From: the human T2T-CHM13v2.0 reference genome, Homo sapiens
Direction: 5' to 3' (one strand)
Length of the DNA stretch: 64,000 nt
Assembly: GCF_009914755.1 (NCBI RefSeq)
Contig: NC_060946.1
The notes beneath the pieces were generated by a model. It was not told where the DNA came from and did no database searches. It saw only the letters and a program-made list of their open reading frames with translations. The position numbers and the translations under genes are program-made. Positions 30,937 through 46,606 of the stretch are shown here, one piece after another. Numbering within the stretch: position 1 is the stretch's first letter; each line of letters begins with the position of its first letter.

Positions 30937-31074
30937 TCATCCCCTCTCACCTCTCAGATCCATCTCCACCCACAACTCCACATCCCAAACTCTCAGCAGG
31001 TCTCTCTGTCTGACAGCTGCAACAGCTTGCCAGCTGATCCCCTTGCATCCATTCTTGTCAAAAAAATTATTAAT

Positions 31075-31830
31075 CGTGGTAAAATATACGTAACATAAAG
31101 TTGACCATCTTTACCATTTGAAGTGTACAGCTCAGTAGCATGAAGCACATTTACACTGCTGTGCAGCCATCATCACTATCCATCTCCAGAACTTTTTCAT
31201 CTTGTAAAACACAAACTCCAGACCCATGAAAAAACTCCCCTTTCTTTTTTATTTTTATTTTTATTTTGAGACAGAGTCTTGCTCTGTCGCCCAGGCTGGA
31301 GTGCAGTGGCGCAATCTCGGCTCACTGCAGCCTCTGCTTCCTGGGTTCTAGGACTCTCCTGCCTCAGCCTCCTGGGTTACACGACCACGCCCAGCTAATT
31401 TTGTGTGTTGTGTATTTTTAGTAGAGATGGGGTTTTACCATGTTGGCCAGGCTGGTCTTGAACTCCCGACCTCATGTGATCCACCTGCCTCAGCCTCCCA
31501 AAGTGCTGGGATTACAGGTGTGAGCCACTGCACCCCGCTAATTTTTTTTATTTTTAGTAGAGACGGGTTTCGCCATGTTGGCCATACTGGTCTCGAGCTC
31601 CTGACCTCATGTGATCTACCTGCCTCGGCCTCCCAAAGTGCTGGGATTATAGGTGTGAGCCACCACACCCAGCCAACTTCCCATTCTTCCCTCCCCCAAG
31701 CCCCTGGTGGCCACCATTCCACTTTCTGTTGCTCTGACTTTGACAACTCTAGGAACCTCACATAAATAGAATCATATAGTCTTTACTTGTTTATTACTGG
31801 CTTATTTCACCTACTATCATGTCCTTAACT
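31075..31830 (-). mobile_element. Old L1M 3' end interrupted by an Alu
   Basis: gtggtaaaatatacgtaacataaa...catctccagaactttttcatctt...ctaggaacctcacataaatagaatcata; typical of L1MA/MB 3' UTR. Confidence 0.75.
31241..31674 (-). mobile_element. Alu with an extra left monomer (trimer)
   Basis: One right arm plus two left arms (~31412-31536 and ~31541-31674). Confidence 0.9.
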
Positions 31831-32441
31831 GGAATCCACTCTTGCCTCCCAATCTATTCTCTGCACAGCAGGAGCTGTTCAAAATGCCAATCTGATCTTG
31901 TCAGCCCTCCATGCAGCTTTAGTTTCTCAAAAGACTAAGGCGAAACTCTTTTGCATGACTCAAGGCCGTGCATGCTCAGCCGACAGTGACTTCCCAGCAT
32001 GGCACTCCCACTCTCAGTGCCCCAGGTATGGCAAACTGTCTCATCCATCTCTCCCACTGCCAGGCCTTTGCATGCCATTCCCAATGCATGGATCACTCTT
32101 CCAGGATCTCTGTCTACGCACTCCCATTGGTCCTTCAGATAAAGGCCCATGGTCCTCAACCTCAGGAAAGTCTCCCCTGAAATCCCCAACACGTCCAATT
32201 TGTTGACTTCATGAGCTGTCTTGGCAGCATGGCTTTCTCCTCTGTGGAGCTCAATTGCAGTGATACCACAATCTATCTGTATGCTTGCATGCTTGCAATA
32301 CCTCTCTCTTCTGCTGAGTGCAGAAGTTTCAAATGAGGAGAGGGAGTGTATGTTTTAAATTTCCATTCTATCTGCAACATCCAGCATATAGTAGGGGCTC
32401 AGAAAAAAAAAAAGTTTGTTTGCTTAAAAATGAACACAAGA

Positions 32442-32723
32442 GGCCAGGCGCGGTGACTCATGCCTGTAGTCCCAGCACTTTGGGAGCCCGAGGCAGGTGG
32501 ATCACCTGAGGTCGAATGTTCGAGATCATCCTGACCAACATGGCGAAATCCCGCCTCTATCAAAAATACAAAAAATTAGCTGGGCATGGTGGCGCATGCC
32601 TGTAATTCCAGCTACTCAGGAGGCTGAGGCAGCAGAATCGCTTGAACCCGGGAGGCAGAGGTTGCGGTGAGCCAAGATTGCGCCACTGCCCTCCAGCCTG
32701 GGCAACAAGAGCGAAACTCCATC

Positions 32724-32752
<29 letters not shown>
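32442..32752 (+). mobile_element. Alu (AluSq/Sp-like)
   Basis: TSD gaacacaaga at 32432-32441 and 32753-32762; long A tail. Confidence 0.93.
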
Positions 32753-32756
<4 letters not shown>

Positions 32757-33805
32757 ACAAGAGCAGAACCTGACCAAGACTGGTTCAGGAAAGGCATGCC
32801 TGAGAAAGTGAGATTTGATCCAAGAACTGAAGAACAAGAGGGAATGAATAAGAAGAGAATAACTGGGAAGTAGGGCATAGACTGTGGCAGAGCAGCACAT
32901 ATCTCTGATTGGACAGGTATAAAAGCCGTGGGGTAGGAAAGAGGTTGATGTACTTGGGAAACAAAAAACAACAAAATAAGACAAAACGAAGGCCAGTGTG
33001 GGTGAAACAGGGTGAACAAGGAGATCCAGCGATGAGCTGCCTGACCTAATGACAATGGCAAATTGGTTCTCTCTGAAGACTTCTGGTTCAAGGAAGTTCT
33101 ATTATACCTGGTACCACAATTTTGAGTCACCTGCCAAAGGAATTGTCTCTAAATAACTCTCCAATAACCACTCCCCTCACAAAAGGCGTTTATGACCCAA
33201 ACTGCTTTATAGGTATCTTCTCAGTTAATCCCTTCAACAGCCTCTACAATTGGTGTTCACTCCAATTTAGAGGACAGCATATTAAAAGTAAGACAAGTTA
33301 AATAATTGGAAAGTTAAATAATTGGCCCAAGGTCATTCAGCTGGTAAGTGAAAGGGCCTCAGGTGTGAACAAAAATCTGTCTCCAAAATCCACGACATTT
33401 TCACCAAACCATACCTCTTATAAAGCCTGGAGGTTTTCTTTTTTTTTTTTAAGTACTCATTTAAATTCTGGTTCCAAAGAGAGTTCTATGTTTTTATGCA
33501 TTAAAAGCACTAGCAGTACAAGTTGTAGAGTGATATTTTAGTAACAAAAGATATTTTTGCACAAAACATCAAAAAGTGGCTTATGCAGATTCACTGCTCA
33601 CTATACCGGCTGCAGAGACTTAGGTCACAGCTTGAGTTTACCCTAAAGAGACCAAATTCTGGAGATGAAACTGGACAATGAGAAGCCAGTCAGCAGCAGG
33701 TGGGAGAATCCTCTGAGAGCTGTCACCAACCACATCAAATTATTTGCACATCAGAGAATACGTCCAGCAGGTTAAACCTACACATCATATGTTACAGATT
33801 CAATG

Positions 33806-33841
<36 letters not shown>

Positions 33842-34117
33842 GGCTGGTTAAAAGCATTTTATAACAATAGTGATAGATAACTGAGGATGACATAAAATAT
33901 ACCAGACTTCTAAGTGAAAAGCCAAAATACATATCAAAGACCAAGAAAACTATACAATAAAATAAAAAGCTAAATCTACAATATCTGCCATCAGCAGGTA
34001 CAGGAAAAGAAAAACACCACCAACAAAAAAAAAAAATAAGAAAATCAACAATAATAAACAACATGTATATTAGAAGAACATTGTATTAATTCTCATCAAG
34101 ACTGTAAGATCCTTGAA

Positions 34118-34314
34118 CAGGGGTTGGCAAACTTTTCCTACAAAGGTCTAAATACTAAATATTTTAGACTTTGTGGGCCAAAATACTCAGTGGTGCCACT
34201 GTAGCTTGAAAGTGGCCACCAGAGATAGAGACATGGTTCTGTTTCAGTAGAAGTATATTTACAGACACATGTAGAGAGCAAGATTTAACCTGCAGGCCAG
34301 AATTTGGCAACCTG
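34118..34314. mobile_element. MER58A hAT-Charlie MITE
   Basis: caggggttggcaaactttt ... tttggcaacctg; TSD tccttgaa/tccttaaa. Confidence 0.82.
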
Positions 34315-36697
34315 TCCTTAAAGGTCAAGAAGAAGACCTCTCAGATTCTTCAAAGCAATAAGATAGAGCTTCAATATCACAAAAGAAGGAAAATTAAAAT
34401 GTTTCCAAAAGTTTTACTTTTCATAAAACCCTATGTTGTAAAGCAAATATCATTTATCCTCATTCTACAGAAGAAAAAAATCGACGGCTCAGAGACCTTC
34501 GACCATTTGCACAGGGCCAGCCAGCTCACAAGTGGCAGGGCCAGCATTAGAACCCAGGTGTGTTGATGTGTTAATGCTCAGGTTCTTCTCACCATCCCCT
34601 GCAGCTAATTGCTTAATAAATGAGAAACAATTCCTTAGTGAAAAAGACGGGGGAGGATAATAAAATGATTCTCAAGATGTAACAGCTCCTAGTGTGATTC
34701 AGTCCACAGTCTTTCAGGAGTTAAAAAAAAAAAAAAAAAAAGAAAAGAAAAACTCACTCGAACTGGCCCAAGGAAAAAGGACAGTTTAACATAAACACAT
34801 AAACAATGGAACTAGTAGAGGAACAAAGTATTCTGATTCTTGCAGGAACTGGAAACCCACTGGAAATTACGACAGTTATCTCTCCATATTTATCTCTGTC
34901 TCTTCCATCTATCTCCCCCTTACCCCTCCCTCACTGTCTCCATATTTTTTCTCCATCACTGTTTATCTCCTCTCTCCTTCTTTCTCCTTCTCTCTTCTCT
35001 CCCTGTGCCCCACCATGGCCCTCAGTCAGAAGCCTAAGGGTTTCTCACTTGTGCTTTATCTGGGGTTTGCAGCATTCTCTCTTTTCTACCAGCTGATAAA
35101 TTCTTTTGCCCAAGGGTGCCTGCCTCTCCAGTCGACATGGGAACAAGGATGCCTGCCAAAGTGGTACCATTGCCCTGAGTCAGCCTCTCCTGGTCCAGAC
35201 CAACAGTTTACACCCTGTTTGTCTGTCCAAATTCTTGAGACCCAGTTAGTCACATGGGAGCACAAGAGTTAGCTAGGCATGTGTTATAGGTACAATCTTA
35301 GTCCAGTTATGGCCAAAGATGGAACGCGGTCCTCCAGTACCAGACATATTTCAGAATGCAGGAGCTAGAGACAAAGTCAATTCTTGACAGGTGAGCACAC
35401 AACTCAATGTGTCTAATATCAGGAAAAGTGAGAAGACGATTGGGATCTACAATATGAGAAAACCAGCAGACAGATCAGAGGAACAGAAACCAACTGGAAT
35501 AAAAAACGCATTTGTAAAATTTATGTAAAAGAAGTGGGACGTATTTACTCAATTCAGAAAGAATCTGGAGAGCTCAAAAAGAGACCAAATAAGAGTGACA
35601 GTCATATAGATGAGAAATCCAGTATGTAAAACTACAATATTATGCATGTGGAAAGGGTTCTTATTTTACGTAAAGGGATACTATTTCCACAGCTGCGGAA
35701 AGCTGCTTTTTATCCCTACAAAGGACAGAGTGAGAAGGAACAATACCTCGAGCTGGGCCCTCCTCTTTGACTTAAAGAATTTGACCATATATTCTAATAT
35801 AGGTTGCTAATGGATACCATGAAATATCTAAAGTAACACAGACAACCTAGTATAAACCACCACCTAAATGCATACACAGAACATTTGGGGGAGGAGGGGT
35901 GACTGACATTGCAAAGAATTCCTCACTTTACATAAAAGTGCACTAGGAAGATGCTAGAATAGGAAGCCTCATTATTGTCTTTAATTTCTCCATTCTAGTG
36001 GTTCTTAGGAGACGAGAAGATAAACCTCAGCTCAAGTTCTATTTTCAGCACTGGCACTAGCAGCTAATTCTCTCTTTCCTGCTTCTCCAAGCTGACCCAG
36101 ATCTCTCAGCATTTCTTAATGACATTCAGAGATCCGAGGAGAGTGTGGGTAAGATGACACACCCTCCACGAATGAGAGCAGAGCGCACCATGGGACAGAA
36201 CCCTGCATGACTACCATGAGGAAGAGGCGCATCTGCGACCGTTTTGCCATGCGATGGTCAAGACACTGTGCTGGGAACCGAAGTACATTGCCCATCCACT
36301 TTCCCTGATGCGCATCTAACGAAATAGTTGATCACTACAGAAATAGTGCCAGTGCATTAGGACAGCGATGCTTAACCCTGAGTGTGTAGCAGAATTAACC
36401 TTAGAGCTTTGTATAAAAAATAGATAGCAAGCCCGGATCCCTTCAATTCAGCAGGTAGCGGTGGGGACCCCAGAATCGGCCACCTGCAGAACTCTCCAGA
36501 TAATATTTTTTGTTTAATATCTATCTCTGCCATTAAAATAAAAGCTTCTGAAGATCAGGAAGTCTGTTTATTTTGGTCATCCCCTTATTCTCAGTATCTA
36601 GAACAGTGCCTGACTCAAGCACTCAGATATTCAATCAATGAACAATGAATGTATAAATCAATCACCTATGTGCCAGACACTTTGCTCCTTACAGAGC

Positions 36698-37470
<773 letters not shown>

Positions 37471-37740
37471 TGGGGACTTCAAATGGAGGGGATCACATTC
37501 CAGTCTAAAGTGGCTCATGGCCCTGATTTGTTCCACTCAAAACAATGTGCTTCAGGTCATACATCCAGTTTTAAACACAGAGTTCCCTTGGAGTCTGTGA
37601 ACACTGATGAAGGGCCCTAAGTAATGGCAGTAAGTGGAGAAGTAAGCGAGATGGTCCGTTCCAGGGAAAACACATTCAGAAACAATGCAGAGGTACAGGT
37701 GTGTGTATGACAAAATCAGTCCATGATCTACGCCTGAACT

Positions 37741-38010
37741 TTTCTAACTCCAGAATGGGGCTCGGGGCGGGTGCAGAAGAGGCTTTTGATGCACAAATTT
37801 GTATTGATCAGGCTTTATTTTTACAATAACTACTGACAGAGAGCAGATCTCACTCTATCCATATCAAACCTTTGGGAGATTTCTAACTCCAGAATGGGGT
37901 GGGGGGCAGAAGAGACCTTTGATGCACAAATTTGTATTGATCAGCCTTTATTTTTACAATAACTACCGGCTGAGAGCAGATCTCACTCTGTCCATATCAA
38001 ACCTTTGGGA
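37741..38010. repeat. Tandem duplication of ~135 bp of apparently unique sequence (2 copies)
   Basis: Units 37741-37879 and 37880-38010, both tttctaactccagaatgggg...catatcaaacctttggga. Confidence 0.95.
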
Positions 38011-40526
38011 AGGTCGTGAAAAACAACCTCAACAGTTGCACCATCTTCCTGGTTTCCAATGAACAGACTGTTAGCTTTTGGAGAGGGTGAAGGCCGCCCA
38101 TGAGTGTGAAAGATGCAGATTATTCCTGCGTCTAACAAAGAGAATCTTGACTTTCAGATGTCTCATTGAGACATTATCCACAAGGCAAGTCATTATTTCA
38201 ACTCAGATGTCTTCTCAGAATACCCCCTTATCATCTGCTTTAGGAAAAAAAAAAAACTGAAAAGATTATGTTGTGGGAAATGTCATCTGCCTGTTATGCA
38301 GAAGTGAAATTGAAGTGCTCTTTGTGTTAAATGTGACAACCATCACACTTGAAATCCAGAGTATAAATGTTACTAATACCCTCTGCAATCATCCACCCAG
38401 TTATCAGCTGGAGGAGGCTGCAAAGACAGATTCAGGTTTCTTAATTTCGCCACTTATTTTTTTCTTGTTAATTTAAAAATATCACAGTGTTTTAATTGCA
38501 CTCAATTTAATGTACTATACCTGCCAGTTCCAACACACTTTATTATTTATATTGCTAGAAAAGCACTTAAAAATCAAATTGCATAATTTGTACTTGTACA
38601 TCTTTAAGGTAGATTTATATCTGAAATTGTCAAATAGCTGGGGCTGTATTGCTCTGAATATTAAATTTTAACAAGTTGTCACCCCAAAACATTTGCAGGG
38701 GATGATGTGAATGGGCCATTAGTTATTTGTGTAGAAAGTTATTAAAACAGGCATTGAAATGTTAATTCATACTTTCAGTTGTTAGGAGCAAGGAGTCAAG
38801 GGCCCAACTACCAGGGTTCACGTCCCAGGTCTGGTATTTATTAACCCTGTATCCTTAGGTTCATGACTTAAGATTTCTGGGCCTCATCGTCCTCTTCTGT
38901 TAAATAGAATACTAACAACATCTACCTCATACAGGTATAGTGAAGATTAAAACAGATAACATACATAAAGTTCTCAGAACAGTACCTGGCACATGAGAAG
39001 CAAAATTTAAGCACTTGCTAGAATAAGTATTTCCTATACTATTAAAGATCACCATCATTTGCACAATAACAATAATCAGTCTCCCACTCTATATTAGTCT
39101 GATTTAATCCACCAGATCTCTCCAAAATTTCTCTTTATCAATGCTACGTCTCAAATGCAATAGTGGCTGGGGTTTCTGTGTTTTCTAAAAGTGTTTGCTA
39201 ATTTGCAATTCTTACTTTGATAATTATCTTTTTAAAAATGTACAGAGGCACATTCAGGGTCATCTGGACAGTCATCTTTTAGCGGAGCCCAATGTCACAG
39301 CCCACTTTTACACCTAAGTCTATGCTCATGCTAGCCCCAGGTTGTACCCACTACCTTAACTGCCCCAGGCTGATCAGCAGATAACAGGAAAAGGCTAGAT
39401 GCCTAAATGATGCACTTCTACCATGCAAAGACCAAGAATCTGACGCAAAGTGGTTGGGTGCTCTCTGGCTGGAAAGAAATATGAGCCATGGTGTGGTGCG
39501 TGGACACTGCAAATTCCATGCCAAAGTGATCCACACCATATTAACACAGCATCACCTGACACGTTAACGTGCTCATAACTTAAACTTTGTTAGTTTTATA
39601 GTTTTCTTAGAATTTATTATATAAATCTGTTGTACTCCTCCAGTTCATGCAGGCTCTCCCTATACAGAGGCTGCACCAAATTGCACATTTAAGTAATATT
39701 AAAATGAAAAGAATTGACGTTAACACAGTGGTCTGTGAAAATTGTACCTTGGGATGGCAAGACACTAAATTGAAGAAATTGTGTCCAAACGACCTGTGAT
39801 CTGGCCCTGGCCTCCTTCTCCCACCCTTCCCACTTCTTCTCCTGCACCAGGACACCCCAGGCTGTTCCCTGTCACCCAGGCTTCTGCCATTGCCCCCAAA
39901 TGGGAAATTCTTACTCAACTCTCAAGTCCCCCTCATCATAAATCCATGAGAAATCTTCCTGACTCCTGCTGGTGGACATTGGCACTTCCTGATTGGTTCC
40001 TCTGCCCTCATACCATCTTCCATTTCCGCAACTCTTTCATTGTATGAAATCCTTTATCATCACATCTAAGCTCTTGGGAAATAGTAGGTACTCTGAAATC
40101 AGGAACCATGAATCTTTGAATTACTGATTCTCTAGTAACACACACAGTGGCTGGCATAGAGTAAAAACTTGGTACAAATATGTTTGCAAGTATATGACCC
40201 ACTGTGAGCCAGGCACTCTGCTGTGAGCTTGCTGCTATGCTATCTGAACCCAGAGGAAAACCAGAGACATATGGTTTTATTTTACTGAGGCTCAGGCCCA
40301 AGGCCATACCAATGGTAGGGAACAAAGCCAGTGGTCCCATCCCAAGTTTGCTGGCTCCAACCCACTTCAGGTTAGTAATGAAAACAATGATGATGGCAAA
40401 GACAAAGATGATGATAGAAATGATAATGGGTAACATATACTGATGGTCTCCTATATGACAAGAATTGTTCTAGCCATTTTGTGCTCTTAATTTATTTTAT
40501 AACACCATAAGATATACGATGCAATC

Positions 40527-40960
40527 TGTCATGGTAATAAATTGACTTGACTGGGCTACAGGGTGCCCAGACATTTGGTCAAACATTATTCTGGGTGTGC
40601 CTGTGAGAGTATTTCTGGATGAGATTAACATTTGATTTGGTAGAATGAATAAAGAAGATTGCCCTCCCTAACGGGGAGGGGCTTCATCCAATCAATTGAA
40701 GATCTGAGTAGAATAAAAAGGCTGAGTAAAAAGAAACTGCCTGTCTGACAGCTGAGCTGGGACACTGGTCTTTTCTTGCCTTTAAACTTGAACAGAAATA
40801 TAGCTGTGGGTTTTGAGTCTGTTGGCTTTCAGACTGGAACTATATCATTGGCTCTCCTAGGTCTCCAGCTTTGCTGACTGAAGATCTTGGGACTTCTCAG
40901 CCTCCATAATTGAATGAGCCAATTCCTTACAATAAATCTCTTTATATATTATATATAACA
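40527..40960 (+). mobile_element. ERVL LTR (MLT2 family)
   Basis: cttgactgggctacagggtgcccagacatttggtcaaacattattctggg ... gccaattccttacaataaatctc. Confidence 0.85.
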
Positions 40961-40967
40961 GAATCAA

Positions 40968-41149
40968 TAGGATGGATGGATGGACAGACGGAAGGACGGA
41001 CAAACAGACAGACAGATGATAGGTAGAGATAGAGGAAAACTGAGGAACAGAATGGTTAGGCAGGCAGGCAGACAGACAGACAGACAGACAGACGATAGAC
41101 AGAAGATAGATGGAGATAGAGGAAAACTGAGGAATAGAATGGTTAGGCA
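40968..41149. repeat. Compound (GGAT)/(GACA)/(GGCA) microsatellite containing an ~87-bp-period duplication
   Basis: gagatagaggaaaactgaggaaYagaatggttaggca at ~41026-41062 and ~41113-41149. Confidence 0.85.
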
Positions 41150-42906
41150 ATATACCCAAAGACACATAGTTACTAAATGACAGAGATACTATCTGAACTC
41201 TGCCAGTCAGGGTCCATTGCCTTCTCTTCCCAGTAAGTTGACTATACAACACCAAGAAAACAGAGTATACTCTCTCTGGAGCCCTTGATGAAAAGCCCAG
41301 CCTGGGTCCAGAAGTACTAGAATGGAGCTGGGGGTTTACTGTAGGTAAAGCGCCACCACAGTCTGGTCCATGGCAGCAATCTCAGCATCACCAGTGGTTG
41401 TAGTAATAGCAGCAAGACAGCCCTCGCTGGAAGACTGTCCTTTGGCATGACAGCCAGGAGGGTAGGAAGGTGTGGAGAGTAAACCATTCTGAGATACTAA
41501 CAGTTTTGTAGTGAGCTGCTCTTTAATAAGACACGAGGCAAGATTTAGTACCGAACGTGCTTGCTCTTAAGTCAGCAACAACAGAAATCATTGCACGTTG
41601 TACACCCGGTGAATGTGGAATGTGTTTGGGGAAGGAACACTGTTGTGTGACTGGAATCCCTTCTCTATGTCATCCACTCCCTTCTCTGACCTTGCTCCCC
41701 ACCACCAACACCTTGGTAACAAATTTACGTAAGAGAAACATGACACAATTATCAAGGCCAACGGGAGTGCAAGGACCTAGAGAAGGGCCTCAGCCTCGGA
41801 CTACTCATGTGATTTATACCCTTCGCACCCCTGGCTTCCACAGGCCCTGATCTGCCCCCGAGAAACAAGACGGATAGAAGAGAAAATCCCATAGAAGTCA
41901 CCCTGAGAACCTTTCCTTTGAGAATGAATCTGGTATTTCACTGATCTCCTGAGTCACGCTGCCTATTAACAAAGGGATGGCCCATTTAGGGACAGTTATT
42001 GGTTGCCTGTAACTCCATGCGGAACTGAGGAAATTGAGAACCTAGCTCAGGAGAAGCTACTGTGTGCATAATGATAAGTTCCTCACTAGGACATGCAAGG
42101 ATGAAGAAAAATATCGCCAAGCCAGCCAGGGTGGAGCTAAGAAGCTGAGAACTCATTCTAAAGCTCATCCCGGGATGCCACCCAACCCCATGTGCTTCTT
42201 ACAGCGATGGCCTTCCCTTTTTTCCATCAAAAAGGGGGTGTGTGGCCTAGGAATCTGAATTTTAACAAACCATAGTTGATTCAGATCAACTTCTTCCCCC
42301 ACTTTTTCAACCAAGGTTGTTCACCTTTCATTTCACTTCTTCAAGGTGATGAATGATGTCTGCTGAGGCTCCATGACCATTGGTTTCATTCTGAGGATTT
42401 TCAGGTGTATGGGGGGTGGAGCCACCAAGCACAGACCAATCCTAGCACTGCCAGCTCCTCACACCAGAGATTTCCCTTGAGATGAGATGGGATGGAAACA
42501 CAGCCAATGGGAACCCATCCTAAACCACACACACAAGGAAAGGGCAAGAGCTTCAAGACTGTGACTGGGGCAGCTGGCATATGCCCTGGAGATGAGAAGA
42601 GGGTGGACAGAGGTAGTGTGATGGTGACCTGGAAACCCTGGGCACTGGATGAAGTGCTGAACAAATGCCAGGGGGTATTAATATACAAAAGAAATCCCAG
42701 CCATCCTGCCTGAAATGCTGAACAAAGCACTTCCTAGAGGCATCTAATAAAGCATGTACAAATGCCTAAAAACAGGAATGTGAGTGACATCAACCTGTAG
42801 TCAAATGTGCATCCCTAATATCCAAATTATAGAACCCAGTCATATTCCTTGGGAGCATTTGGGGGACAGGGTTTTCTCTTTGGCATAATTAAGGCAAAGT
42901 CCTACA

Positions 42907-43090
42907 GCATTTCCCAAAGCAGATACAAGAATAATGGCATCTGAATCAACTGTGGTTTTGTTAAAATGCAGATTCCTAGGTTATGCCCCCTGTCTGACTG
43001 AACTAGAATCCTAGGCATGAGACTCAAGCATATGAATTATAAACAAATTTGCTAGGTATTTTTTATTTCCACTCAAGTCTGTGAACACTG
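42907..43090. mobile_element. MER5A-type MITE
   Basis: ttgttaaaatgcagattcctagg; ends aagtctgtgaacactg. Confidence 0.65.
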
Positions 43091-43764
43091 CTCTATCAAG
43101 TTCTGGAATCAGAACTGGGTTCTAATTCTAGCATTTAGGATTGAGGCAGCTTTCCAAGATGCGCCCTCATCTAAACAATGTTCCCACTGAGAGCTGACTA
43201 TAGGTCTGGGAGACACATGTGCCAACAAAACTTCAGGAAACAAAGAAATAACCATGACACTATAAAGCAAATACAGTAGAATGTGTGTCACACTCTCCTT
43301 AGTCTTGATTTTCTTAGCTGTAAAATGTGGACCATCACTGCACAACCCCACCTGTTGTGAGGCTCAACCAAGAGACAAACATGCAGAGCAATTAATTAGC
43401 AGAGAATCTGGCACAGGATAAGTGCTCAAAAGATGATGAATTCATTTATGGTAGTATTTATCGACTCATCTATCTATACAGAGTGCATATAAATTCACTG
43501 AGAGTTCAAAAAAATGCAGCAAGCCATGGCAAATTAAATCAGCCGACTCTCTTTCCTTGTGGGCACCTAAAGCTAACCCATCTAGAGATATGTGGGTTGG
43601 GCTCAGGCAAACAAGTGGCGACTTGGTGCACAGCTGACCGGGCCCTGAGATGCTCAATGTCCCTCCCTGTGAACTGGAGCTTAGGATTGTTTCTGTCTGA
43701 CCGCCCTCTTTCCCTGGTGTACCCAATCCACTAACAACCCCTGGTTCGAACCCCTGTTCAAGAC

Positions 43765-44096
<332 letters not shown>

Positions 44097-44586
44097 CTAG
44101 ACCAGCCATGCTTTGGTCTTGGGGACTATGGCGCCCTTCTCTTCCTGGTCTCCTGACTGCAGTTTTCCTTCCAGCCCAATGCTCTCTGCATACAGCAGAT
44201 CCCTGCTCTGAGCCCATCAGTGTAGGGTTGCCAGATTTAGCAAACAAAAATATAGGATGTTCAATTATGTCCAAACTAAACAATTATCCATCGTTTATCT
44301 GAAATTCAAATTTAACAAGCTGTCTTCTATTTTATCTGGCAACCCCAGTGCCAGTGGCTTCCCACTGCACTTGGAACAAAGCTCAATCTCCTTGCTAGCA
44401 TCTGTGAGGCCCCCGATCACGGATGCTGACCTAACTCTCTGTTCCCATCTCTTCCTCGTTGCTGTCCCTTGAACATGCCAAGCTTGTTCTGTCTTGGGGA
44501 TCACTGCACTGGCTGCTCCTTCCATCTGGAATATTCTTCCCTCAGATCTTTGCTTGGCTTCCTGCTCCAAGATGACCACCTCTTCC

Positions 44587-44727
44587 TTTTTTTTTTTTTT
44601 TTTGTTTGGTAGAGATGGGGTTCTGCCACATTACCCAGGCTGGTCTCAAACTCCTGGCTTCAGGCAATCCTCCTGCCTTGGCCTCTCCAAGTGTTAGGAT
44701 TACAGGCGTGTGCCACCGTGCATGGCC
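44587..44727 (-). mobile_element. Alu left monomer (FLAM/AluJ-like)
   Basis: Single monomer with poly(T). Confidence 0.85.
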
Positions 44728-45742
44728 TCAAGCTGACCTCTTCAAAGAAGTCCTCTCTGACCTTCTAAAATCCTACTCTCCATCCGATGCCTCAGTCTCC
44801 ATCCCTTTACCTTGCTGCTTTTTTTTTTTTTAAATAATATTCATTACCAGCCGATAGAACTTGGTTCTTATCCATTTCTCTTACTGGAAACTAAGTATTA
44901 TGAGGGCAAAGACTGCATCTGCCTTGGACATTAACATATCCCCAGGGCTGAGAACAACAGGGAGCACAGAGTAGGCACGAAGCAGACATTTGTTGAATGA
45001 GTGAAGGTTCCAGGAGGCGTCGCATGTTCTTGAGAGCCACGCCAGAAGTTCTGCCAGGCTGACACACCCCAGCAGGTGTTATTGACTTCTCAGTTATGTC
45101 ACGTGCTAGGGAAAGTGTGGAGAGATGGGAGGGGAAGAGGAGCGCTCGGGACCGATGCACCCACTCACATGGAAGACGGAAGAGGTGGGAGGTGGGAAGA
45201 GAACCTGCTGTTCACCAGGTAGGCCTGATGCCAACCTGAGTGCTACCCACTTAACAAGTAAAAATACCGAATACTAATATTTGTCCTATTCTTTATCTGA
45301 CGGAGCCTCCACTCACCTTCTCTCTTGATGGTAAACATAATACAATGTCATACCTACAGAGAACTTCCATATGCTTATTCCCTCCCTAGACCCACCACAA
45401 CCTCACATGGAAGGTATTCCTGCCCTCATCTTCGTGGGGAGAAAGTCAAGGCTCAAAGAGGTGATGAAACTCATCCAAGATAACGCAGCAAGTAAGTAAC
45501 AATGTCAGGATTTAAATGCAACAAAACAGAGATAATGAAATGCACCAACCCTGAAGCCAGGCTCCTTGGGATGAGATCCTACTCGAACGCTGTCTCTATC
45601 TCAATGTCCACCTATAAAGTAGAGGTGAGAAGAGTCCCTCCCTCACAGAGCTGTGGTCAAGATTAAATGGGTGAGTACTAACTTGCTGGAAACAGTGCTA
45701 GCCCATAGGAAGCAGTAGGTTAAGTGTTCATCATTACTTTAA

Positions 45743-46228
<486 letters not shown>

Positions 46229-46575
46229 TAAGCCTCCTATCCTGACCAACTGTGCTGTCCATAATGTGTCTATTTCTTCCACTTCTGATTGGCAGGGCAC
46301 GCTGATTGGTCCCAGTGGGCCCACTCCACCTCCCTAATTTTTCCACCACTCCTGAACCTCCTTCAGTGACCTCCCCCAGCACTGGCCCCAGCTTTGAAAA
46401 GTTTTATGCCTTTCCTAAGCACACATCTAAATGTAAAAACACTACATTAAGTATCAAGCCCTGGTTTAGCGCTTCAGGCCAGTAAATTAAAAGTTATAGT
46501 TCCCACAGTAACCATCTCTCTTCCTACTATGCCCATATTTAGAAATGCGTGCTACTGCAAGGGCTGACAAATTTA

Positions 46576-46577
<2 letters not shown>

Positions 46578-46606
<29 letters not shown>

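Noticed and set aside
33809-33838. Isolated poly(A) runs (also 17298-17318, 34723-34741) as processed pseudogene tails
   Set aside because: No upstream mRNA-like sequence or TSD recognised.
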